Of a stretch of DNA of 30,952 nt, positions 18,533-27,696 are shown in pieces (within the stretch, counting starts at the first letter, position 1; each line of letters opens with the position of its first letter). The notes under the pieces were generated by a model. The model was given only the letters and a program-made list of their open reading frames with translations. It made no database searches and had not been told where the DNA came from. The translations under genes were made by a program, and so were the position numbers. Source of the DNA: Promethearchaeota archaeon (GTDB lineage Archaea; Asgardarchaeota; Lokiarchaeia; Sigyniarchaeales; SOKP01); the NCBI GenBank assembly GCA_016839765.1, contig JAEOTP010000067.1, forward strand, positions 1 through 30,952, given 5' to 3'.

Positions 18533-19867
18533 ATGAATTTACGAGTTAATCCAATAGACAGTATAAATGGAGAAGTAAAAGCTCCTCCATCAAAAAGCTA
18601 TTCACATCGTGCGTTTATAGCTGCTAGCCTTGCTGAAGGAGTCTCAATTATTAAAAAGCCCTTAATAGTTGGAGATGTGGAAGTGTCTATTGAAATTTTA
18701 AAGAAGTTAGGTGTGAAAATTTTAAAAGAGGGGAAAGATACTTATATCGTTGAAAAAGTGAATAAAACTTTTAAAAAAAGTGATCAAGTATTGGATTGCA
18801 GAAATTCTGGCACCTCAATAAGAATATTTAGTGCTTTATCACTCTTAATTGAAGGAGGACTTTCATTTAAGGGTAGATTCTTGAGAAGGAAAAGACCTAT
18901 TCTCCCTCTTTTGGACTCATTAAAAAAATTGGGTGCTGATTATCAACTTACAAAAAGAAAGTTGTTTATTCATCGAATTAAAAATAACTGCAATAAGATA
19001 AAAATACGAGGAGATATTAGTTCACAATTTATTACTGCCCTATTAATGATATGCCCTCTATTGATATGTGAAAAGGAAGATTTTATAACAATCGAAGTAA
19101 ATACTCCAATAGTATCATATCCTTATGTTGAAATTACTAAACATATTTTAGAATCATTTGGTATAAATATTTTTGAGGAGTTAAATGCAGAAAAAATTGG
19201 AAAATATTATATTAGCACCCAACAAAATTATAGAACCCAAATTTTTGAGATTCCAGGAGATTTTTCTTCAATAGCAAATATAATAGTTGCTGCAATAATT
19301 TCTCCAGAAGATTCCCAAGTTGTCATAGATAATTTAAATTTTAAAAAACCCCAAGGAGATAAAAAAGTTATTGAAATATTACAAGATTTTGGCGCAAATA
19401 TAGAAATTGACCAAAAAACAAATCGAATAATTGTTTATGGCAATCGAAATAAAAATACCTTAAAAGGATTAGATATAGATATATATGAAAACCCAGATTT
19501 ATTCCCTATTTTAGCTGTTGTAGGTGCATTTGCGAAAAATAAGACCACTTTATTTAATGCATCAAATCTTAGATTGAAAGAAAGTGACAGAATCTCCATA
19601 GTTGCTAGAGAATTGGCTAAAATGGGTGTTAAAGTGAAAGAAGATAAAGATAAATTAACTGTATATCATTGCAAAAAATTAAAAGCTTCTGAAATAAACC
19701 ATGAAGAAGATCATAGAATTGCAATGGCTTTTACTATAGCAGCTTTATATGCAGATTCCATTTCTAGAATAAATAATATTGAAATAATAAAAGATTCTTA
19801 TCCTAATTTTATTTATGACTTACAAACTCTTGGAGCAAAAATCGTAAGTGAGGATGGGTTTATCTAA
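18533..19867 (+). CDS. aroA: 3-phosphoshikimate 1-carboxyvinyltransferase (EPSP synthase)
   Basis: PPSKSYSHR, NSGTSIR, SSQFITALL, LRLKESDRI and DHRIAMA. Confidence 0.95.
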   Translation: MNLRVNPIDSINGEVKAPPSKSYSHRAFIAASLAEGVSIIKKPLIVGDVEVSIEILKKLGVKILKEGKDTYIVEKVNKTFKKSDQVLDCRNSGTSIRIFSALSLLIEGGLSFKGRFLRRKRPILPLLDSLKKLGADYQLTKRKLFIHRIKNNCNKIKIRGDISSQFITALLMICPLLICEKEDFITIEVNTPIVSYPYVEITKHILESFGINIFEELNAEKIGKYYISTQQNYRTQIFEIPGDFSSIANIIVAAIISPEDSQVVIDNLNFKKPQGDKKVIEILQDFGANIEIDQKTNRIIVYGNRNKNTLKGLDIDIYENPDLFPILAVVGAFAKNKTTLFNASNLRLKESDRISIVARELAKMGVKVKEDKDKLTVYHCKKLKASEINHEEDHRIAMAFTIAALYADSISRINNIEIIKDSYPNFIYDLQTLGAKIVSEDGFI

Positions 19868-20276
19868 ATGATTTTTGCCTTCTTTTTCTTGCTTTTGTCC
19901 CACCAAAGTGTTTAGGTTCTGTTCTTCGAGAATCTCCAGAAAGTAATGATTCGTCATATTCTCTGAAAGATTTTTCAATAGTTTTAGTACCAATAAACTT
20001 ATTAATAGACTTTGCAATCGCTATCCGGACTGCATCAGTTTGACCCATTTTTCCACCACCATTAACATAAACATTGATATCACATTTCTCTAATTTTGGA
20101 TGATCTATAACCTCCAATACTTCCTGTATTCTTAATCTAGCAATTACAGGTTCATAATTTTCCAAAGGAACATTATTGATTTTAATTTGGCCTTTAGCAG
20201 GAAACCTTAAAACAGCTCTAGCAATAGCTGTTTTTCTTTTCCCCGAGGACTGAACAATTTTAGTTTTTTCAGACAT
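19860..20276 (-). CDS. rps9: 30S ribosomal protein uS9
   Basis: SGKRKTAIARA, GGGKMGQ.DA.R and ARKRRQKSFR. Confidence 0.96.
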   Translation of the reverse strand: MSEKTKIVQSSGKRKTAIARAVLRFPAKGQIKINNVPLENYEPVIARLRIQEVLEVIDHPKLEKCDINVYVNGGGKMGQTDAVRIAIAKSINKFIGTKTIEKSFREYDESLLSGDSRRTEPKHFGGTKARKRRQKSFR

Positions 20277-20281
20277 AAGAT

Positions 20282-20752
20282 TTAAGCCTCAATTTGATTA
20301 TTATTCCATCCTAATCTGGAACATAGATTTTCTAATGTAATATATCTATTATAGTATGAAAGTCTTGTTTTTTCAGCATTGGGGATCTCTGTTGGAATTA
20401 ATTTCTGGTATCTTTTTTGGAAACGCTCCGGAATATCACTGATGTAAACATGTACTCTTTTAACAGCTTCTTTTCCACGAATCTTTTTCCTAGGCAACAT
20501 TTTTTTAATTATATTTCTCATAAAAGTATCAGGCTTTCTTGGCCAAAATGGTCCTCTTGTAGGATTAGTCGCTGTACTAATATTTAACTTTTTCAAATAT
20601 TTCTCATGGATATTTTTCTTAGTCCCGCTAATTATTGCATGTTTAGCGTTAATCACTACAACTCTTTCTCCTAATAAAGCTTTTTTAGCGACTTGACTAC
20701 AAAAGCGTCCTAATATTTTATCTGTAGCATCTATTAATAAATATTCTAGCAT
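20282..20752 (-). CDS. rpl13: 50S ribosomal protein uL13
   Basis: IDAT.KILGR.CS.VAK, GPFWPRKP and MLPRKK.RG. Confidence 0.95.
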   Translation of the reverse strand: MLEYLLIDATDKILGRFCSQVAKKALLGERVVVINAKHAIISGTKKNIHEKYLKKLNISTATNPTRGPFWPRKPDTFMRNIIKKMLPRKKIRGKEAVKRVHVYISDIPERFQKRYQKLIPTEIPNAEKTRLSYYNRYITLENLCSRLGWNNNQIEA

Positions 20753-20776
20753 AATAATTCACTCATTGATTAAATT

Positions 20777-21133
20777 TTAATAAAATACTTTTAAATTCTT
20801 ACCCTCAGGGTTCTGCTCTAATAGTTCTTCAATTGAGATTACTTTACTGCCTGAATCTTCAATTTTTTTCCGTGCTGATTTTGAACAATCTAAACAAGCA
20901 ATCGTTAGTTTATGATCTAATTCTCCAATTCCCAAAACCTTACCTGGAATCACTATCACATCATTTTGTTTAGTTTTTCTGTTAATTCTGTATAAGTTAG
21001 CTTCTACTCGATTTCTTCTCGGCCCCGATAATTTTTTTGAAATTTTTTTCCAAATTCTTCTTTTAGTTTTCCATAATTCTCGAATTAGTTTTCTATCATA
21101 ATAATTTGAGGGGCCTGTAACTCTATGACTCAT
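20777..21133 (-). CDS. rpl18e: 50S ribosomal protein eL18
   Basis: PRRNRVEANL.RI, VIPGKVLG.G and EQNPEG. Canonical position between rpoD and L13. Confidence 0.95.
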   Translation of the reverse strand: MSHRVTGPSNYYDRKLIRELWKTKRRIWKKISKKLSGPRRNRVEANLYRINRKTKQNDVIVIPGKVLGIGELDHKLTIACLDCSKSARKKIEDSGSKVISIEELLEQNPEGKNLKVFY

Positions 21134-21211
21134 TTTTATAAATCCTTTATATATTTAATTCACTAAATATGAGATGTAAAATATGGGATATTTTAATAAA
21201 TTTTTGATTGA

Positions 21212-22051
21212 CTAAGACTCTATCTCAAGCTCTTCTAATTTAGTAATAAACTCATCAATTTTTTCATTAAATATTTCAATAGTTTTTTTAATAACGATAT
21301 TAAAAGGTAATACTCCATCACTTTCTATCGAAAAAATATATGAATTTTCTTTTGCTCGTACTTTTATTTTGTTATCAGTGTTTTTCTCACAAGATTGACA
21401 TAAAGTACAAGTTTTCCAATAATCCTCCTTTAATCTCAAGGAATTTTTTGATGTTAATTCAAAAAGATTTTCTGGACACATTTTTACGACTAAATTATTT
21501 TCCTCCGGATTATTTAAATCATTTTCGTTGAATTCAACAATAGGATAATACCTATAAGCTACATTTGAAACAGCTTGCCACTTTGCGTGGTTTCGACCAA
21601 TCCCCAAAATTGCATATGCCTCTAAAATTACTTGGTCATTTTTATCAATTTTTACTATGGGAATATTTGGATCAACCGGAATTATTTTTGGGTCATTTGA
21701 ATTTAAATTCCCTGAATAAATCTCTATTGGAGCATTGGTTGTATTTGTCATTTCTAAAGTTAGTGAAACTTGACAAAGTGGACACCCGAAACCAGAGCAC
21801 TCACAGTCGCTTGGTAATTTATAAGCATCCAAATCGGTCTTGAGCGGAATCATTCCAAGACGGTGTGCCAAAATCTCATCGTATAGAGGAGAATCGTTTT
21901 TAAGAATAATAACTTCATCAATTGCCATAGCAGGAATTTCAGTTAGCATAATCCGCCGTAGGGCATTCACCATTTCAATAGAAATTCCTTCAATTACAAA
22001 TACTAAATTATGCGGGGTCTGTTCAATTACTTCAAGATTTAATGGGCTCAT
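21212..22051 (-). CDS. rpoD: DNA-directed RNA polymerase subunit D (Rpo3)
   Basis: NALRRIMLTEIP.MAI, N.S.LYDEILAHRLGMIPL, CECSGFGCPLC, HAKWQ and F.IESDG.L. Confidence 0.96.
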   Translation of the reverse strand: MSPLNLEVIEQTPHNLVFVIEGISIEMVNALRRIMLTEIPAMAIDEVIILKNDSPLYDEILAHRLGMIPLKTDLDAYKLPSDCECSGFGCPLCQVSLTLEMTNTTNAPIEIYSGNLNSNDPKIIPVDPNIPIVKIDKNDQVILEAYAILGIGRNHAKWQAVSNVAYRYYPIVEFNENDLNNPEENNLVVKMCPENLFELTSKNSLRLKEDYWKTCTLCQSCEKNTDNKIKVRAKENSYIFSIESDGVLPFNIVIKKTIEIFNEKIDEFITKLEELEIES

Positions 22052-22161
22052 TGTTTTAAATACTCAAAAAGATAATAATTAGTATCAGAATATAATTTCA
22101 AATACGTAATTTTAGATAAATTTTTCTGTTCTTAGGTAAAAAAATAGAATGATAAAATGAA

Positions 22162-23490
22162 TTAATAAAACTCAAAATATTCATATGCTTTATTTACACT
22201 CTGGAAGCAATACTTAATTTCTTGGAAGTTTTTTCTAAATTCAGCAACTTCTAACTTTACTTTTTTAGGATCTTTTTTTTCAACTAATACTTTTTTAATA
22301 AATTCGGCTATATCTTCCATTTCACTTTTCCCCATGCCAAGTCTGGTGATTTCAGAGGTTCCTATTCTCAATCCGCCTGGATTTTGATAATGTCTACCCT
22401 GTGCGATATCATATGGTAAAAGATTTCGATTAAGAATTATATTTGCTTCTTCCAATAACTTTTCTATGTCTCCACCTAACCCGATAATTTTCTCAAAGTC
22501 GGTTATATCTACAACAATCTGATGTGATTCTGTAAAACCCTTATGTTCCATTAAAACTTTGATTCCACGTTCGTGTAAAGCTTGACCAAGCGCCTTAGCA
22601 TTCTCAATAACATTTTTATGGTACTCTTTCCCATACTCAAGCATTTCAGCTAATGCAATAGCCAATCCTGCTACATTATGTAGGTGATGATTAGAGAGTA
22701 GAGCAGGAAATGCGCAAGATCTTAAAGTCTCAATTAAATCCTCTCTATTAGATACTAAAGTTCCATGCTGTGGTCCTGGAAGAGTTTTATGTGTACTCAT
22801 TGTCATAGCATCTGCACCTTCTCTTAACGGATCTTGAAAATATCCAGAACCAATCAATCCTGCAACGTGAGCAGCATCATATCCTACTTTAGCTCCAACC
22901 TCTTTTGCTACATCGCCAAGTTCCTTAACTGGATGTGGAAACAAAAAAACGGATCCCCCAAATAAAACTAATTCAGGTTTAAATTCTCTAATAATTTTTG
23001 CTGAAGCGTCAATATCGAGATTCATCTCATCATTATCGAAAGTAAGATATTCGATATTTAGCCCCCTAGTTGTCCCAGCTGTACCAAAGATTTCTCTACC
23101 ACTTTTAGCAAATCTAGGACCATGTGAAATATGTCCTCCTCTAACAATAGACATACAACACATTTTTCCGTTATTATCTGAAGTAAATGCATTATACATC
23201 GTTAGATTTGCTACAACCCCTGAAACTGGGCGAACATCAGCGTGAATGGATTTGAAGTATTCATTGGCAAGGTCCATACAAATATCTTCTACTTTATCTA
23301 TATATTTACATCCCGCATAAACGCGTTGTCCACTCCATCCTTCTGCATATCGATGACTAAAATCACAACTACAAGCTTCATCCACAGCAGGACTCGTAAT
23401 ATTTTCTGAGGCGATTAAAGGAATACTATGTTTAAACCAATCATGATGTTCCATTAATAAATTTCGAATTTTTTCGATTTTCTTCTTCAA
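22162..23490 (-). CDS. glyA: Serine hydroxymethyltransferase (archaeal type)
   Basis: LIASEN, YAEG, GGHISH, YDAAHVAGL, PLP-Lys motif STHKTLPGP and G.RIGT. TTG start. Confidence 0.95.
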   Translation of the reverse strand: MKKKIEKIRNLLMEHHDWFKHSIPLIASENITSPAVDEACSCDFSHRYAEGWSGQRVYAGCKYIDKVEDICMDLANEYFKSIHADVRPVSGVVANLTMYNAFTSDNNGKMCCMSIVRGGHISHGPRFAKSGREIFGTAGTTRGLNIEYLTFDNDEMNLDIDASAKIIREFKPELVLFGGSVFLFPHPVKELGDVAKEVGAKVGYDAAHVAGLIGSGYFQDPLREGADAMTMSTHKTLPGPQHGTLVSNREDLIETLRSCAFPALLSNHHLHNVAGLAIALAEMLEYGKEYHKNVIENAKALGQALHERGIKVLMEHKGFTESHQIVVDITDFEKIIGLGGDIEKLLEEANIILNRNLLPYDIAQGRHYQNPGGLRIGTSEITRLGMGKSEMEDIAEFIKKVLVEKKDPKKVKLEVAEFRKNFQEIKYCFQSVNKAYEYFEFY

Positions 23491-23705
23491 TTTTTATCAA
23501 ACCTTTTTTACAAAATTTATAATTGTTAAATTAATAATAAAACTCCAATTTTTTTAAATCTTATTGCAAAATAAAAGATATAGTATATTTATTCTAATAG
23601 AACGAGAATATTAATGTAAAACCCAATAAGATTATCTAGAGTATCCAAAAGTTTTAAAAATTAAATAAAGTCTATCAAAATCGGAATAAATAACACACTC
23701 TTACT

Positions 23706-24623
23706 TTAACCTTTAGATTTCTCCAAAATCAACCTTGCTTCATATAGATCCAATTTTTTTCCAGCCTTTTGCTTTTCTAATGCTGTTGCCAGCTTTTGTT
23801 GTTTAATTTTTTCAAGTTCTTCATTTCGCTTTGTTTGAGCTTTATAGGGTTTTTTAGATCTTTTCCCCTGCTTATAGGATTGTGTACCTCTTGGAAATCT
23901 TTTTCTCTGATTCATTAATTTTAAATATTGTTCGTGGCATTTGTCTGCTTCCTTTTTATTTTCAATTAGTTCTTCTTCAATTGCTCTTTTTTTATCTCTT
24001 AAGTCTGTTGCCAGTTGGTATAATTCATTCATTTTTATATGATAATTCTGAGATTTATTAGACCATTTATTCAATTGTTCATAAATTTTGTTTAAATTAA
24101 TTTTGACAATTTGTATTTTCCTTTCTATTTTAAATAAATCAGAGTTTTGTTGTTTAGCCAAAAAATCCTGCTTTATTTTCGCTAACTCTCTAATCTTATC
24201 TATAATCGTATTTTCTTCTGAAATATTCAAATTTTCAGTCTCAATCTTCCTTTCTAAAGCACCTATTTTTCGTTCTATTTGTTTAATTGAAATAAATTTG
24301 TTACCATCTTTACCTTGATTAGTTGATTTTTGTAAACCTTTCTTTTCATCTATAAACTTATCAAAAATCTTTTTATATTCAATCTTTTTCTCTTTTAACT
24401 TCTTTACCTTGGTATTCCAATAATCTCTTTTTTTTTTACTATCATTTTTAGCTGATTTTAAATAGTTATCAATTTGATTGTCGATTTCTTGTAACTCATT
24501 TATATAATTTTTAGTTTTTTTATTAAGGTCATCTCTTTTATTTCTGAATACTTCAATTTGGTCTTGAAGTTCTTTTAAAGAGAGCCTAGAGGGTTGAGAG
24601 AACTTAGATTTTTCACTACTCAT
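23706..24623 (-). CDS. Archaeal coiled-coil protein (COG1340-like)
   Basis: Heptad-rich K/E sequence with KRDDLN, LERKIET..L...EE, AD.CHE.Y and C-terminal K.G.KLDLYEAR. Confidence 0.7.
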   Translation of the reverse strand: MSSEKSKFSQPSRLSLKELQDQIEVFRNKRDDLNKKTKNYINELQEIDNQIDNYLKSAKNDSKKKRDYWNTKVKKLKEKKIEYKKIFDKFIDEKKGLQKSTNQGKDGNKFISIKQIERKIGALERKIETENLNISEENTIIDKIRELAKIKQDFLAKQQNSDLFKIERKIQIVKINLNKIYEQLNKWSNKSQNYHIKMNELYQLATDLRDKKRAIEEELIENKKEADKCHEQYLKLMNQRKRFPRGTQSYKQGKRSKKPYKAQTKRNEELEKIKQQKLATALEKQKAGKKLDLYEARLILEKSKG

Positions 24624-24916
24624 GGATTAATTCATTAACGAGTATTTATAAAAAGATTTGCAATAAACATTGATTGAGTATTTCAATCTTACATTTATTT
24701 TATATTTTTGGTAAAAAACCACTTAAATCATTTAAACAATCATTTAATATAACAAATTTGTAAAACTTTTACTAAATAAAAGGTATTCATTTTCAAGCTT
24801 AAAAAAAGGTATTTATTATGAAATTCGTTGTTTAATATTTAATAAAATCGATTTTTATTAAAGAATGAAATCATTAAATAATAATTAGAATAATTGAAAA
24901 TCAAACAGGATAATTC

Positions 24917-25783
24917 ATGAATTCAGAGTTTATTAATGAAAATGATTTAGTATTTTTAGTCCTTGATGATAGAAGAAAATGGTTAATTAAAGCAAAATCA
25001 GGAGAAGAATTTCATACTGATCGGGGAATCATTTATTTTAATGATCTTATAGGTAAACCTTACGGGTCTGTAATATTTTCAAAACCCTATGAAACCCAAG
25101 GATATAAATTCTGTGTATTACGACCTTTACCTTCGGATTATATTCTTCATATGAAGCGAAAAACACAGATAGTTTATCCAGAAGATGCTGGTTTAATTTT
25201 AATATATACTGGGATAAGTCCAGGGAGTAAAGTGATCGAGGCTGGCTGCGGTTCAGGAGCATTAACGTGTATTCTAGTTAACTATATACGACCAGATGGC
25301 CATATTTATTCTTATGATATCAGCCAAAAAAATATCGAAAGGACTATTAAAAATCTTAAAAAAGCAGGATTACAACGTTTTGCCACTGTGCAATATGGTG
25401 ATATCACAAATGATAATTTGGAGCATAATAATATAGATTCTGTTGTCTTAGATATGCCACAACCCTGGGAAGCTATTGAAAATGTGGATCATTATCTGAA
25501 ATTAAGTGGAACTATTGTTTCATTCTCCCCAACTATAGAACAAGTGAAAAAAACTACATTTTCACTTAAAAATCATGGATTTTTTGATATTAACACATAC
25601 GAACTAATTAAAAGAAAAATCCAAGTAAAAGAGAATGCTACAAGGCCATTCACAAGGATGGTTGGACACACAGGTTATATGACGTTCGCTCGAAAAATTC
25701 AAGATCTTCAAAATCCTTATCGGGAAAAAAAACCTTTTAAGAAAGAATATATAAATTTTAACGGAATGCCATTAAGGGGATGA
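24917..25783 (+). CDS. trmI: tRNA (adenine-57/58-N1)-methyltransferase
   Basis: FHTDRG, RKTQIVYPED, EAGCGSGALT, LDMPQPW, FSPTIEQV and GHTGY. Confidence 0.93.
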   Translation: MNSEFINENDLVFLVLDDRRKWLIKAKSGEEFHTDRGIIYFNDLIGKPYGSVIFSKPYETQGYKFCVLRPLPSDYILHMKRKTQIVYPEDAGLILIYTGISPGSKVIEAGCGSGALTCILVNYIRPDGHIYSYDISQKNIERTIKNLKKAGLQRFATVQYGDITNDNLEHNNIDSVVLDMPQPWEAIENVDHYLKLSGTIVSFSPTIEQVKKTTFSLKNHGFFDINTYELIKRKIQVKENATRPFTRMVGHTGYMTFARKIQDLQNPYREKKPFKKEYINFNGMPLRG

Positions 25784-25789
25784 TTTGTC

Positions 25790-26128
25790 ATGGAAATTGA
25801 ATATAAAGAGTTTTTAAAATTAGATATTAGAGTAGGTTTGGTTAAAAATTGTGAGAAAATTGAAAATTCAAGAAATCTATACAAGCTTCAAGTCGACTGT
25901 GGAGATATTGGAGTAAGACAAATATTAACTGGTATAGCGAGTTATTATTCGCCTGATGAATTAATAAACGAGAAAATAGTAGTTTTAGCTAATTTGAAAT
26001 CAAGAAAGATAATGGGATTTGAAAGTCAGGGGATGTTATTAGCAGCTGATTTTGATAATGAGCCGTTTTTATTGAAGATTGATGAGCGAAGGGGAAGAAT
26101 AATAACTCCTGGGAGTAAAATTAAATAA
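25790..26128 (+). CDS. Stand-alone tRNA-binding OB-fold protein (Trbp111/MetRS C-terminal/CsaA-like)
   Basis: FLKLDIRVG, RQILTGI, NL..RKIMGFESQGMLLAA and PGSKIK. Confidence 0.9.
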   Translation: MEIEYKEFLKLDIRVGLVKNCEKIENSRNLYKLQVDCGDIGVRQILTGIASYYSPDELINEKIVVLANLKSRKIMGFESQGMLLAADFDNEPFLLKIDERRGRIITPGSKIK

Positions 26129-26548
26129 TCAAAATCCTTTTAATTTTACACCCGTTTGAAACTCTTTCTTTTTCTTAAATCTTTCTGTTTTAAAGTAATT
26201 TCTTTTTTTCTCAGGTAAAATATTAATATACTTCCGTAAAATATCTTCTACAAATTCTTTTGTAGCTTTATTAGGTATTTTATTAGGATCGCTTAAATGT
26301 GCTAATATTTCTTTATCTTTTGAACCTGGAGAAAGACCTAAATTCTTAATGGGAATATGAAATGAATGAATAAACCATCCAGTTTTTTTCTCATCATGAG
26401 CAATCACTCTCAAAATATTTTCTGGTTCTTTTCGAATTTTAATATCAAGTAATTTTCTTGCTGAACGAACTAGTATTGTTGCGTAAATAGGAATATCATT
26501 TTTTGGGTTATGGATTTTTTTATAAAATTCTTTTAATCTTTCACTCAT
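26129..26548 (-). CDS. Hypothetical basic protein
   Basis: 139-aa ORF with ATG start that overlaps no other gene. No recognised motif. Confidence 0.55.
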   Translation of the reverse strand: MSERLKEFYKKIHNPKNDIPIYATILVRSARKLLDIKIRKEPENILRVIAHDEKKTGWFIHSFHIPIKNLGLSPGSKDKEILAHLSDPNKIPNKATKEFVEDILRKYINILPEKKRNYFKTERFKKKKEFQTGVKLKGF

Positions 26549-26745
26549 ATTGATTCAAAATAAAAAAGATATATTTGTAGCTTTAAAATAATCTAATTAA
26601 GAATATTAAATAAACTTACCATTTATCCCTAGAATTAAGAATCTGACAATTCTTTAAATACTATTATTAAAAGATTTCTTAAAATTATTTTTCTATTGTA
26701 CATTATTTACATCAAAATTAAATTCTTATCTTCAAAAAGGAAAAA

Positions 26746-27168
26746 ATGCCAGTCCAATTAAAAAGTTTTGAAATAAATACGGAACCATTTTGCGATGTAA
26801 TAGATATTACATCTCAAGTTAAAACTATAATTAAAGAAAGTCATATAAATACGGGAATAGTGAATGTACATATCGCAGGTTCTACTGGTGCGATATCTAC
26901 AACTGAATATGAACCAGGTTTAGTTAAGCACGATATTGAAGACCTTTTGGAAAAGGTAACCCCCTATGAAAAAAACTATCATCATCATAAAACCTGGGGG
27001 GATCATAATGGTGCAGGTCATTTAAGAAGTTTCCTCCTTAAGACTTCTCAAACATTTCCATTTCAGAATAAAAAATTGATTTTGGGTACGTGGCAGCAAA
27101 TAATCTTTTGTGAATTTGATGAAAAACCTCGATATCGAAGAGTGTACTGTCAGATAATTGGAGAATAA
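26746..27168 (+). CDS. YjbQ/UPF0047 family protein
   Basis: IDIT, GST.AI.T.EYEPGL, YHH...GDHNG.GH and LGTWQQI.FCEFD. Confidence 0.9.
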   Translation: MPVQLKSFEINTEPFCDVIDITSQVKTIIKESHINTGIVNVHIAGSTGAISTTEYEPGLVKHDIEDLLEKVTPYEKNYHHHKTWGDHNGAGHLRSFLLKTSQTFPFQNKKLILGTWQQIIFCEFDEKPRYRRVYCQIIGE

Positions 27169-27184
27169 ATATTAATAAAAAAAT

Positions 27185-27427
27185 CTATTTTTTTGTTAGC
27201 AGTTTGTTAAATTCCTGAACCAACATATTATATACATCTCTACGGCCTATGTCTATCATTTTTAGGATGGTATAATGACAATCTTGGATTTTATTTTTAA
27301 ACAATGGTATCTTCCTTACAACCTTATCAAATGTATTCTTTTGATTAATCTGATGATGTAAAAATTCCAAAAATTTACTTTCTTCCTCAACCAATTCATT
27401 CAAAAATTTCCTTTCTTCTTCAATCAA
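27185..27427 (-). CDS. Hypothetical protein
   Basis: 80-aa ORF with TTG start and helical composition. No recognised motif. Confidence 0.4.
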   Translation of the reverse strand: MIEEERKFLNELVEEESKFLEFLHHQINQKNTFDKVVRKIPLFKNKIQDCHYTILKMIDIGRRDVYNMLVQEFNKLLTKK

Positions 27428-27481
27428 TTAATTCAACTTTGAAAGTTATTTTGAAAATATAGAAATCATTTTCAATTAAAA

Positions 27482-27569
27482 ATAGAAATATTATCCTTAA
27501 GTCATAGAAATATTATTCTTAAGGTACAACAATATTATTCTAAAAATATCGGAATATTATTTTAAATTC
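27482..27569. repeat. Four degenerate 22-bp tandem direct repeats (core AATATTAT)
   Basis: ATAGAAATATTATCCTTAAGTC / ATAGAAATATTATTCTTAAGGT / ACAACAATATTATTCTAAAAAT / ATCGGAATATTATTTTAAATTC. The core starts at 27487, 27509, 27531 and 27553. Confidence 0.75.
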
Positions 27570-27696
27570 CTTTGGATTCAGATAAGGTTAAAAATGATGA
27601 TTTTCACTTACTAATAAATATTTGTTGTTTGATATTATAACTGTCTTGCATTTTTAAAATTCACGTGCATAACCCATATAAAGAACTGAACAAACT

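Noticed and set aside
21134-21211. tRNA between rpoD and rpl18e, as in some archaea
   Set aside because: The 78-bp spacer is AT-rich with no cloverleaf or T-loop motif.
24624-24916. Longer intergenic gaps (also 23491-23705 and 29755-29999) as ncRNA or replication origin
   Set aside because: They are uniformly AT-rich with no GC-rich stems, ORB-like G-strings or adjacent cdc6/orc1, and are consistent with promoter regions.
27482-27569. 22-bp repeats as a CRISPR array
   Set aside because: The period is too short, there are no unique spacers of CRISPR length, and no cas genes are nearby.
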